A stretch of 64,000 nucleotides of DNA from Pelagomonas calceolata (Eukaryota): positions 5,208,001-5,272,000 of the forward strand of contig CAKKNE010000001.1 in the NCBI GenBank assembly GCA_918797485.1. Direction: 5' to 3'. The position numbers and the translations under genes are program-made. Each line of letters begins with the position of its first letter. Position 1 is the stretch's first letter. This document shows positions 1 through 9,418 of the stretch, piece by piece. Below the pieces are notes generated by a model. It saw only the letters and a list, made by a program, of their open reading frames with translations. It did no database searches and was not told where the DNA came from.

Positions 1-1588
1 TGGACCTCGCCTAAACCTCGTCTTAGCGCGTCGGCGATGGCCGCGCGGACGGTTGCATGTAAAGGGTGCTCCGACGGCACGCCTCGTAACGGTGCGAGCG
101 CCGCTCGTATGGTAGCTTGGAGGCCCTCCTCCTCGACACTCTTTAGGAGTGAAGCGAGGCAGCCACCTGTTCCAGCGACGCCTGCTCTCGAAGAGCTCTT
201 GACCTGGCGCATCATCAATGAGGACACGAAGGCGCAGGCGTCCGCCGATGTAGGCCCGCGGCCGTCGCCACCACTCAAGGCCTTGGCGACGGGCGACGTC
301 CGCTTCGCGAATTCGGTGGTTGAATTCTTCGAGGACATCATCTGGATCTTCGGGAAGCTGCCCAGTCTTCTAGGCGGGCTCGCACCGTCATGAGGCTTCT
401 TCTCCTCATCCGCTCTATTCTGCGTCGCCGCGAAGCGCTCGCGCGTCGCGCGCGCGCACCGGACGTGGGCCGCCAATGCGCTTCCCGCAGCTTGGCCGCA
501 GTGCACTCTCACCAGAGTGTCCTCGTCACTTAAATGGCGCGCGGCCGTCTCTACCAACCTGCGTGGAAACCACATCTCAGGCGCCCCACGCCATCGACGC
601 GACGTTGTCCCGGTGATAATCTGACTCACACTGCGACCGACGCGTCGAGCAGGTGCAGCGCTGCGTCCACCGTCGACCGCGCCCTCTTCACAGGATCATC
701 AGGAACAGGTTCCTTCTCTCCTTGTTTCTTCGGGGGCGCCGGCGCCGGCGCCGGGGCGGTTTTGGACGTTTCTGCGGCGTCCGCTACTACACTAGCCAGG
801 TTCGCCACGGCCCTATCTGAAGCCTCGGCCGCCCTTTGTGAGACGTCCCGCAGTGACGCCGCGGCGGCCTTGCGACATGATGAATCGTCCGAGCCCTTCA
901 AGACCTTGGCGAGCGCACTCACGCAGTCCTTGCCGGAACACACGAGGGCCTGCTTGTGCTGCTGCGTCTGCACGGGCCGCGGCGCGACGCCCGTGACGCC
1001 CTCGTCGGGCGACGCGAGGACGACGCGGCCCAGTGCCCGGGCCGCTGCGGCTTTGGTGGACTGGTCGTTCTTCGCGAGTTTCGCGAGGCGCTGGCGCGCC
1101 TCGCCCAGCGCGCCGGGCCCGAGCCGCCGCGGGTACGTTGCACACAAAGCGCCGAGCACGACGCACGCCGCAGCCCGCGCGCCGGGCTGGATGACGAGCT
1201 TCTGCTGCGATTGTAGGGACTGGGCGATGGACGCGACGTCGCCGCAGCACTCGTGGAGGCCCCGCGCGGCCGCGTAGAGCTGCCCGCCGGCGTCGCCCCT
1301 TGCATACAACGCTTCGGCCGTGCACGCGAGCTCGTTCGCCAGCGACGCGGAGAAGACGAGTTTCGGGTGGCGCAGCACGGCCTCGACGGCGTCCCAGGCT
1401 TTCGCTTGCGACGCGTTCTCGCGGAGCGCCTCGACCGTCGAGATGTCGGCCGTGGCTTCTCTTAATAAAGCGAGGTTCGTGGCGACCGATGCGCTGCTCG
1501 CTAGGCGCGCGTCGTCGTTGCCGGCCGCGTCGCAGGTTTTTATTGCTGCTTGTAAGGCTGTGGAGGCATCTTGTAAGGCTTGGGCCAT
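1..1588 (-). CDS. HEAT-repeat protein (HEATR5/SWEETIE-like N-terminus), partial; exons 630-1588 and <1-558
   Basis: ATG at 1588. The Ala/Leu-rich helical repeats continue in frame after removing intron 559-629 (…DASVAV|LVETAARHLSDEDTLVRVHCGQAAGSALA…) and stay open to the window edge. Family assignment is tentative. Confidence 0.7.
559..629 (-). other. Spliceosomal intron (71 nt, GT-AG), degenerate introner-family member
   Basis: GTGAGT…TTTCCACGCAG. Contains the shared internal motif GTCGCGTCGATGGCGTGG. Removal restores the reading frame. Confidence 0.8.
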
Positions 1589-1768
1589 CGTCGGCGGCGC
1601 GTGCGACGACGCCGACCCGCTCGAGTGCCGCAAGTGTATTGGACGTGGCTCTGCTGATCGCAGCGCTCGACCACTTCTCAGGCAAGCTGTTATTTGTTAT
1701 CTCTGATAGCTACACCGCTGTCGCAGCAGCGACTTTGGCCGGCGCAAAGGTTGCTTGCTTGCTTAATG

Positions 1769-1790
1769 CTAGTGTCTTACGGCCGCTAGC
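1769..1790 (+). promoter_or_regulatory. Conserved CTAG-bounded promoter motif
   Basis: ctagtgtcttacggccgctagc, between divergent starts 1588(-) and 1938(+). Confidence 0.65.
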
Positions 1791-1937
1791 TGAGGGTAGG
1801 TCGTTTTTTGGTTAAGACCGCTTACTTCACGGGACGCACTATTTGGCGTGCCGTTTTGCCACCAAACGGTACGGCTTTCGCCACCAAACGTTTCGCTCTG
1901 GCGCGAGATACAGCGGTCACAGATTTGGGTCATTTCA

Positions 1938-2831
1938 ATGGAGAGCTTGCCAGACGACCTCTGGCGCATAATTTTCGCGTTTGCCGGGCCCGCGGCCGGC
2001 GCCAGACATCTGGCGGCGCGAGCCCGGACGCTGGACGAATTCGTAGAGTACCGGCTCGCGAGCGAGCCCGACGTAGCGCACTACTACGACAGCACGACCG
2101 TAGAGAACGGCGTCGCCAATACGCGAGCGCACGTTAAACTGGTCCACGCGTTACGAACCGTCTCGACGCAGTGGCGCAACCTCATAACTTACGGCTCGAC
2201 GCGGCAGCTCGCGCTGAGGGCCGATGATTGTGTCGATCTGCCGCCCGACTTCGCCACGCGGTTCGACGGCTGCGAGGCCTTCACGATCGACGGCGACGGC
2301 GACGATTATACTAGACGGGCCGGCTCCGGTGCGCTGCCCGCAGCGCTAACGCATTTCAGAAAGCTCCGGTCGCTCTCGATGCGCTGCATGACTATCCAGT
2401 CTCTACCACAATGGTTTGGGGCGCTGCCTCTCGTGGAGCTTTATATTGATTATGGGATGTTCAAAGGCCCGACAGTATATAAACCTGGTCAAAAAATCCT
2501 GTCAATTGACGTCGTTCTCGATCTGAACTGGACGGGAATAGAGACGCTTCCCCTGTCGCTCCAGACGATGACGACCTTACGAATCCTCGACCTTTCAGCA
2601 ACAAGGTTGGGCGCGGACGTCGAAGGCGCCCCCATTCGCGCCGCGGACATCGCTCGCCGCGATGCGATTCTGCGCCCCCTCTCGCTGGCGATACCGGATC
2701 TTCGCTTCAGTTTGCATAGCTGTGAGGCCGGATTTACTTTCCAGCAGGGCGCGCGGATGCACTGGTGGCACGCGCGATGCGGTCATGACTGGTGGGAGGA
2801 CGTCTTCTTCTCGCCGCCGCCTGAGGATTGA
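1938..2831 (+). CDS. F-box-like/leucine-rich repeat protein
   Basis: N-terminal LPDDLWRIIFAFA; LRR motifs LRSLSMRCMTIQSLP, LDLNWTGIETLP, LRILDLSATRL. Confidence 0.7.
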   Translation: MESLPDDLWRIIFAFAGPAAGARHLAARARTLDEFVEYRLASEPDVAHYYDSTTVENGVANTRAHVKLVHALRTVSTQWRNLITYGSTRQLALRADDCVDLPPDFATRFDGCEAFTIDGDGDDYTRRAGSGALPAALTHFRKLRSLSMRCMTIQSLPQWFGALPLVELYIDYGMFKGPTVYKPGQKILSIDVVLDLNWTGIETLPLSLQTMTTLRILDLSATRLGADVEGAPIRAADIARRDAILRPLSLAIPDLRFSLHSCEAGFTFQQGARMHWWHARCGHDWWEDVFFSPPPED

Positions 2832-2912
2832 GTCGTGAATTCCGAGCACGCGCGCGTCTCTAAGTATATCCACAGAATACTTATCACATACAAAATTCTG
2901 GCGGGGATGCGT

Positions 2913-4709
2913 TCACGAGAACGTCGCCCGGCGTCGAGCCGCACCCACACCAGCCTCGCCGACCTTCCGCGGCAGGCCGTCGAGCGCGCCGAGGAGCTTC
3001 TTGCGCTCCTCGGCGCGGTCCTGGCGCTCCTTCCGCACCGCCGCCGAGAGCCGCGAGCCGAAGGCTTCGCGGCCCCGCGGCTTTGTCTCGAACGACGCCC
3101 GGCGCAGGGCGGCGTTCTGATCCGGCCGCACCTTTCGGGTGTCATCAAGGCTCTTGACGCGCCGCCGCGCGCTCGACCGCGAGTACTTGTCGAGGGGGCG
3201 GTCCTGGAGCTCGTGCTGGCCCGACTTCCGCCGCCGCTGTGCGACCGTCCCCGTGACCTCGGTGGCGGACTTCCAGTCCCGGTGCTTGTCCGCGTCGCGC
3301 TTGAGCGCCTTGGCGTCGCCCGAGTCCACGGCCCGCATGAAGCTGTGGAAGGCGTCCTCCTGCAGGTGGGCCTTGAGCAGGTCGTGGATGCGCATGGTGT
3401 GCCGGCCGACCTTCACGCGCTCGTTGGACCGCCGGTCCCACCACGCGCCGCCCATGATCCGCGCCCGCATCGTCGTCTGCATCGCGAAGGCCGGCATGAG
3501 CATCGCCGGGTGCGTCCGGCAGAACTCCGCGAAGGCCTCGACGTCGACCTCGTCGGTGTCGCGCCGCTTCGTCATCGCGTTGATGTGCCTCAGCAGATTG
3601 ACCGCCGTCGTGTTCTTCGAGTAGCGCTTGCCGTACAACTCTTTCAACATCGCATTGAACTCGTCGGAGTCTATGGCCCCTGACGAGTCGCGGTCGTACA
3701 GGTCGAAGGCGAACATGACGAGCTGCGGCCTTCCCAAGGTACAGTACTGCCACAGCGCGACCACGAACTCCTTGAAGTCGATCTGGTTGCTCCCGTCCGC
3801 GTCGAAGATGGCGAAGACGCGCTTCGCGAAGCGATTCCGTTGCAAGTCGAGGTAGTCGAGCAGCTCCCACAGTTCGATCGCGCCGCTCCCGTCCTTATCA
3901 ATAATAACAAACTGCTCGTGGAGTCTTGCCACATCATCTTCCTTCAGGCCCAGACTTTCAAAGGTCGACCGCAGCGGCCGCACCGCCGCGTTCTTGCTAT
4001 ATATAGACTTGAAGTAGCCGTAATGATACAAGTTGTTGCGGCACCAATTCCAAAACCGCGCGGGCCAGTCCATGACCGCCTCTTCGACCCTGGCGGCCTT
4101 GCGGCGCAGCCTCGCGTCTTTTTTTGCTTGCGCCGCGTCGACGGCCTCCTTGCGCTGCTCGACGCGCCGATCGTTTTCCCGCCGCGCGGCGATCTCCGCC
4201 AGCGTCGTCTGCGCGGCGAGCTCGTCCGCTTCCTGCTTGCGAGCCGCCGCAACGGCGCGTTCTTTTGCTTGGATCTCATCCGCTTCTCGCTTGCGAGCCG
4301 CGGCGGCGGCGCGCCGTCGAGCCTCGGCTTCCTGGACCTTTCTCCGCGCCTCAGCCAGCGGGTCCGCCTCCGCGGGGGGCTTCTCGGCGGGCGGCCGCTG
4401 CGGCGTTGGCCGTGGCGGTGGCTCAGGCTGCGTCGTGGACGGCGGCGTGGCGGGCGGCGGCGGCCGCGCCGGCTCCGGCTCCGTCGGCGGAGTCTTCGCG
4501 CGCGGCTGCGACGGCGCGGCGCCGGAGGTGAGATACGTGTGGGCCTCGTTGATCTGCTTGAAGCGCTCGGTCGCCTCTTCCACATTGTTGCTATTTCGGT
4601 CGGGGTGGTAGAGGAGCGCCAGCTTCTTGAACGCTTTTTTTATGGTTGCCTCGTCCGCTTTCTCGTCGAGGCCCAGCACTTTGAGGTGCTTCGTGCGGGC
4701 GGACGCCAT
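2913..4709 (-). CDS. DnaJ-domain plus calcineurin-B-like EF-hand protein
   Basis: J-domain with HPD motif. Three clear EF loops (DKDGSGAIE, DADGSNQID, DRDSSGAID) and a degenerate fourth. Confidence 0.85.
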   Translation of the reverse strand: MASARTKHLKVLGLDEKADEATIKKAFKKLALLYHPDRNSNNVEEATERFKQINEAHTYLTSGAAPSQPRAKTPPTEPEPARPPPPATPPSTTQPEPPPRPTPQRPPAEKPPAEADPLAEARRKVQEAEARRRAAAAARKREADEIQAKERAVAAARKQEADELAAQTTLAEIAARRENDRRVEQRKEAVDAAQAKKDARLRRKAARVEEAVMDWPARFWNWCRNNLYHYGYFKSIYSKNAAVRPLRSTFESLGLKEDDVARLHEQFVIIDKDGSGAIELWELLDYLDLQRNRFAKRVFAIFDADGSNQIDFKEFVVALWQYCTLGRPQLVMFAFDLYDRDSSGAIDSDEFNAMLKELYGKRYSKNTTAVNLLRHINAMTKRRDTDEVDVEAFAEFCRTHPAMLMPAFAMQTTMRARIMGGAWWDRRSNERVKVGRHTMRIHDLLKAHLQEDAFHSFMRAVDSGDAKALKRDADKHRDWKSATEVTGTVAQRRRKSGQHELQDRPLDKYSRSSARRRVKSLDDTRKVRPDQNAALRRASFETKPRGREAFGSRLSAAVRKERQDRAEERKKLLGALDGLPRKVGEAGVGAARRRATFS

Positions 4710-5167
4710 CGCAGCTTCAGGGCAGCCCAGGGCAGCCCAGGGCTCGAAAGCTTGGATCGGTGGCTTGACAGAGAGGTTTACAGCACCCAGTCGAAAGCGG
4801 GGAGCTTCTTATACCACGAATCCACTCAGCGCTCTGCCTAACATTTTCAGAGAACGCGGGTTTTTACTCTCGCCCGCTTACCTTTTGCCGCATTGGTTCC
4901 CACGTCGTAGTGGGGGAGCGGATGAATGGGGCCGCCTGCGCGAGACTCCCGTGAAGTGGAAAAATAGGAACAGAATTTGCCAGTACAGAGCATTGTGGGA
5001 ATCCGTGTCGGGTGACAGTGGGGCGCTTGAGAGGTGACGCGCCTTCATTCCTGTCGCCCGCGAGCCAAAAAAAAATGCGCGCGCCGCGTTAGCACGCGAG
5101 AAAACGCCACTTTTGCAGGTCTGCCGCAGCAAAACACTAGACGTAGCACCTCACAGCTCGCGCAAAG

Positions 5168-5894
5168 ATGAGCCTCAACACCAACAAGAACTCCTACGGC
5201 GCTACGGACCTCGAGGCCGGAACGACGGGCTCTCACATCAAGGACGCGGCCGGCGTCGGCACGTCGAGGCCTGCGCAGAATCAATTTCACGCCATCGACG
5301 CGACAAAAGTCCTCACACAGGCCGCGCCGCTTCGCCGTCATTGCCACGGTCGGCGTATTCGGCCTGCTGGGCTTCGTAGCGGCCATGTCGAGTTCGCGCT
5401 CGTCCGCGACGGCGTCGCAGCCGTCGCTCTATAACAAGTGGGCTGAGCAGGGCATTGCCGCCGGAAATTATGGCCGGCAGATGGGCCAAAAGTACGGCCA
5501 GATTGGCCAGCAGATGGGCCAGCAGTACGGTCAGATGGGCCGCGACATGGGTCAGGTGGGCTACGACATGGGCATGGGGTATGCGCAGATGGGCCAGGCG
5601 ATCGGGCAACACTACCGCGACGAGTACTCGGGCGGCGGCGGCCACGGCCACGGCGGCAACACCGTGAGCTCCGGCGACACCGTGATCAACAACGGCAAGT
5701 ACCAGAAGAAGTGCAAGGTCAACGGGGGAAATTACCAAGACTCCGTGTCGTGGCAAGCGACGGTCAACGGCGAGATCATCAAGAGCTACTGCCCCTGGGT
5801 CTGGCAGAACGCGAACCGCAAAAAGCACTGCAAGCAGATGCAGAACAATGTGCTCGTCAGCACCGCGTGCCCGTGCGCCTGCGCCGGCTACTAG
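5168..5894 (+). CDS. Type II membrane protein with G/Q/M/Y repeats and C-terminal Cys-rich domain; exons 5168-5268 and 5321-5894
   Basis: Splicing out 5269-5320 joins MSLNTNKNSYGAT…GTSR to PRRFAVIATVGVFGLLGFVAAM (TM segment) and the 5385 ORF. Confidence 0.7.
5269..5320 (+). other. GC-AG intron (52 nt), degenerate introner-family member
   Basis: AG|GCCTGC…CACGCCATCGACGCGAC…CACACAG|GCCGC. Junction direct repeat AGGCC. Removal restores the frame. Confidence 0.7.
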
Positions 5895-5955
5895 TCGCAC
5901 ACGTACCCCGCTCGGCACCAAGGCCTTGAGCGTCTAAGAAAACATCACAAATTAC

Positions 5956-7359
5956 TCAGGCCGTCTTGCCTTTACAAACGCCGCGGCGGAGCATCTCCTT
6001 CTCGCGCGCGACGAGCGCGTCGGCGAGGCGGCCGTGCGCGGTCGTCGCCTCGGGTAGGACCGGGTAGCCCTCCGCCTGCGCCGCCGTCGCCGCGGCGAGC
6101 GCTCGCGTCGCGCGGTCCGCGTGCGCGGCGCTCGCGGGGCTCAGGGCCGCGTCGGGCGCGCAGCGGAGGAGATATGTGGCGTCGGCCTTGTTGTCGGCGC
6201 CCGCCGCGAGGGCTATTGAATTCAGCGCGGCGTCGGGGACCGCGTGCGCCGCGCCGCCGGCCGTCGCCACCATGCGCAGGAGTGCGCCGCGCCAGCGCGG
6301 CGGCGCGTTCGGCGGCGCCGGCGCGCGGGGCACTTTCCTTGAATCGAGGAAGCGCGCGAGGAGGGCCGCGAGCGGCGTCGCCGGCAGCGCCACGTCGACG
6401 GTCGCGGTGTCGGCGCCCTCGCGGAGCGACGGCGGCGGCACGAAGCCGCTGTGGAGCAGGAAGTTCGCCGCCGACCGGTCGCCGTAGTCCATGCGCACCT
6501 CCTCGCCACCAGCGACGCCCGTCGTCATCAACACCAGGGAACCGTCCTCGGCCAGCCGCGACGCGCCCGCGTCCTCGCCGTGGTTGCACATGTCCCAGAG
6601 CGGCACGAGCGCCAGCGCCCCGCCTAGCGAGTTCTGCCGCGTCTGCACGGCGCCCAGCGCCCAGCGCCACCTCTCATAATCCAACGACAAAGCGGACGAG
6701 GCCTCCTCGCCGAGACTTCTAGAAACCAACACAAAGGACCGCGCGGCCGCACACCGCGACATGCAGGCCCGCCGAAAGCTCGCCGAGCCCCGCAACCTCG
6801 CCACGTCCTCCCACGCCCAGAACGTCGGCACGTCATATGTAGAAGGCAGGCAGCGGACGTAGTGAATCCAGAACGAGTCGTCGGCGACGGCCTCGGCGCA
6901 CAACCTCAACGCGAGCGCGAGCGTCGCGTCGAGGTTGTGGGTCCTCGCGAAGGCCGCGACGCCCATCGGGTCGTTGTCAGTCGCGCGCAGGTGCAAGGCC
7001 GCGGGCACTGAGATGACGACGTCGTTCTCTTTTATATTTGATGCGGCGACGACGCGCGTCTGGCCGTCCTCAAAACTCTCAAGCTTGATGTGCTCGCACG
7101 CGCAGCCGTTGTCCTTCGCCCAGGCGTAGAGCGCCGCGCGTGACTCGTCCGTGGGCCCGGGTATGGGTGGGGACGTCCGCGGCAGCTTCGCGACGGCGCG
7201 CTCGAGCGTTTCCAGGAGTTTCACGGCGACGGCGTCGTCTCTTGTGGCTACGAGCCAGGCGGGTGTCGTCGCGGCCGCGTGGACGGCGTCCAAAGGGTCC
7301 ACCGGGGGCGGTGGCGGCTTGCGGGCGTGGGTGGCTTTGCTCCTTGATTTTTTACCCAT
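5956..7359 (-). CDS. SET-domain protein methyltransferase (SETD3/Rubisco-LSMT-like)
   Basis: LVPLWDMCNH, GEEVRMDYG…NFLLHSGF and SFWIHYVRCLP motifs. Confidence 0.85.
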   Translation of the reverse strand: MGKKSRSKATHARKPPPPPVDPLDAVHAAATTPAWLVATRDDAVAVKLLETLERAVAKLPRTSPPIPGPTDESRAALYAWAKDNGCACEHIKLESFEDGQTRVVAASNIKENDVVISVPAALHLRATDNDPMGVAAFARTHNLDATLALALRLCAEAVADDSFWIHYVRCLPSTYDVPTFWAWEDVARLRGSASFRRACMSRCAAARSFVLVSRSLGEEASSALSLDYERWRWALGAVQTRQNSLGGALALVPLWDMCNHGEDAGASRLAEDGSLVLMTTGVAGGEEVRMDYGDRSAANFLLHSGFVPPPSLREGADTATVDVALPATPLAALLARFLDSRKVPRAPAPPNAPPRWRGALLRMVATAGGAAHAVPDAALNSIALAAGADNKADATYLLRCAPDAALSPASAAHADRATRALAAATAAQAEGYPVLPEATTAHGRLADALVAREKEMLRRGVCKGKTA

Positions 7360-7572
7360 GGCTGCGATTTATGCTTGCACGCGTCGCTTCCTTGACTAGG
7401 TGTAGGGCAAGAGAGAGGTGTTTGTGTGGCGCCAGCGGAGGATGCGATGTAGCGCTCGGGATCGAGCGGCAGCGCTGCAGCAATGCGGCGAAGATTAAAT
7501 GGTTGAATCCGTCGATCGCTAACTGCTGGCGATGGCCTCGTCCTCCCCTCCTCCCGCGATTAGGTTTTCGAG

Positions 7573-7594
7573 ATAGCGTATCGACACACACTAG
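7573..7594 (-). promoter_or_regulatory. Degenerate copy of CTAG-bounded promoter motif
   Basis: Reverse complement is ctagtgtgtgtcgatacgctat (same 22-nt span), between divergent starts 7359(-) and 7755(+). Confidence 0.4.
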
Positions 7595-7754
7595 TCCGTC
7601 GTTTGGTCCTTGCAAACGTGCTTGCGCGGCGCCTAAGGCAGCTCCGTAAGCTCAGAGAGAAGCAGCAACTCATCATCGTACCGGAGGGGCAGCCCCGACG
7701 ACCTCGACGCGCGGTCGAACGCATCGTGCGGACATCCACGAGCAAGGGGTCACG

Positions 7755-9413
7755 ATGCCGTCAGTCGACAGCCCGGAGATGGACGACCTCCTCCTAAAGC
7801 TGGCCTTCGCACGCGGCGGCGGCCCCAAGAAGCAAGCGAAGCAAAAGCCGGCGTGGAACGACGCCGTCGAGGCCGTGAGGAGCGCATATGGCGGGAAGAA
7901 GAAACCAAAGCCGCCCAAGCAGGCCCCGTCGCGGTGGAAGCCAGCGCCGCGGCCCGGGCGGAAGCCGCTCGCGCCGAAGCGCAACGCCCGGCCGGCGAAG
8001 AAGCCGGCCAAACCTGAGAAAGTGCTGCCCGAGGTCCCGGGCGCCGAACCCATGCGGCCGGCCGTTCCCAAGCCGGCGGCGCCGCGGCCGCGCATGCCGG
8101 CGAAGCCCCAGGGCCCGCGGCGGCCCGCCGCGCCCGGCCGCCGCGTCGTCATCGACCCCGGCCCGCCCGGTATAAACCCGCGGCCGCCCGCCGGCTGCCC
8201 GCCGGCGCGGCCCGAGGCCACGCAGCCGCTCACGGAGGACGCCGCCGCGGCCTTCGTGCGGTTAAATGGCGGCGGCGAGATCCGGGGGCTCAAGCTCTTC
8301 GAGGACACGGTGAACATCCGCGTCGAGCTCGACCTCGGCGAACCGGCGGCCCGGGAGGAGGCAACCGCGGAGCCTCCGGAGGAAGCGACTGCCGAGCCCA
8401 CGTCCGCGCCTAGTACGCTGGAGCGACCGGAGTCTGGGCCCGTCGCAGACGCGCCTGAGGAGTCTCAGCCCGTTTCGGCGCCGACGGAGGCAGCTGAGCC
8501 CGTCGCGGCGCCGACGCCGTCGACAGACGAGCCTGAGGAACCCGAGCCCGGCGCCGCACCGACGCCGTCGACGGAAGCGCCCGAGCCCGTCGCCGCGCCG
8601 ACGCCGTCGGAGGCGAGCATGGACGGGTCGATCGTCATGGCCCTCGCGACGCCGCCGGACGCGCCCGAGGAGCCGGGACAAGCGCCCCGCTTCGCCGTCG
8701 GCGCGCGCGTCGAGGCGCGGTTCGAAGCGGGCGAGACGTGGTACGCCGGCGTGATCGAACGCGTAGACGGGGACGCTTACGACGTCGCCTATGACGACGG
8801 AGATCACGAGTCGAACGTCGCGGCGGCGCTCGTGCGAGAAGAGGTCGTGACGACGCGGTCGCTCGACGTGGGCCCTACGACCACTTCGCCGGAGCCGTCT
8901 GCGCCGGAGCCGACGCCCGAAACAGCAAAACGCCCGGAGCGGACGATCGACGTCGCCCCGCCGCGCCGGCCGCCGGCGGAGCCGCGCGAGAGCGCGGAGC
9001 TCCTGAACGTCGCGGACGCCGTCGCGCCCGAGGAGGACGCGTCGGACGGCGGCACGGCACTCCCTCCGGGCCCGACGGCGACGCAGACGACCGACGGCTA
9101 CGGCGACGACGACTTCGAGGACTTCACGGAAACAATAAAACCGGGCGCGCGGACCGTCGGCGCGGCGTCGAAGCTCCAGGACGCTGTGTTGGGGTGGCTC
9201 GAATACAAGCGCTGCGACGCCCCGCCCGAGAAGACGGAGTGGACTTTGAATGAGGTCCGGGCCTCGGTCTGCGTCGACGGCGAGGTCTCCTCAGCTTCCT
9301 TCGAGAAGCTCGGCTGGAAGGTCTGCCACCAGGCGTTGACCCGGTTGCAGGCGCCGAACCGGGGCCCGACGAAGGACCTCGCCGACCGCCTCGCTTCACT
9401 ACTAACAACTTAA
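7755..9413 (+). CDS. Pro/Glu-rich protein with Tudor/Agenet-like domain
   Basis: FAVGARVEARFEAGETWYAGVIERVDGDAYDVAYDDGDHE; EPVAAPTPS repeats. Confidence 0.7.
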   Translation: MPSVDSPEMDDLLLKLAFARGGGPKKQAKQKPAWNDAVEAVRSAYGGKKKPKPPKQAPSRWKPAPRPGRKPLAPKRNARPAKKPAKPEKVLPEVPGAEPMRPAVPKPAAPRPRMPAKPQGPRRPAAPGRRVVIDPGPPGINPRPPAGCPPARPEATQPLTEDAAAAFVRLNGGGEIRGLKLFEDTVNIRVELDLGEPAAREEATAEPPEEATAEPTSAPSTLERPESGPVADAPEESQPVSAPTEAAEPVAAPTPSTDEPEEPEPGAAPTPSTEAPEPVAAPTPSEASMDGSIVMALATPPDAPEEPGQAPRFAVGARVEARFEAGETWYAGVIERVDGDAYDVAYDDGDHESNVAAALVREEVVTTRSLDVGPTTTSPEPSAPEPTPETAKRPERTIDVAPPRRPPAEPRESAELLNVADAVAPEEDASDGGTALPPGPTATQTTDGYGDDDFEDFTETIKPGARTVGAASKLQDAVLGWLEYKRCDAPPEKTEWTLNEVRASVCVDGEVSSASFEKLGWKVCHQALTRLQAPNRGPTKDLADRLASLLTT

Positions 9414-9418
9414 CATAA

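Noticed and set aside
5018..5050. TPP riboswitch (GGGG…TGAGAG resemblance)
   Set aside because: Lacks the downstream ACCTGAT/TAATGCC…GGGA consensus.
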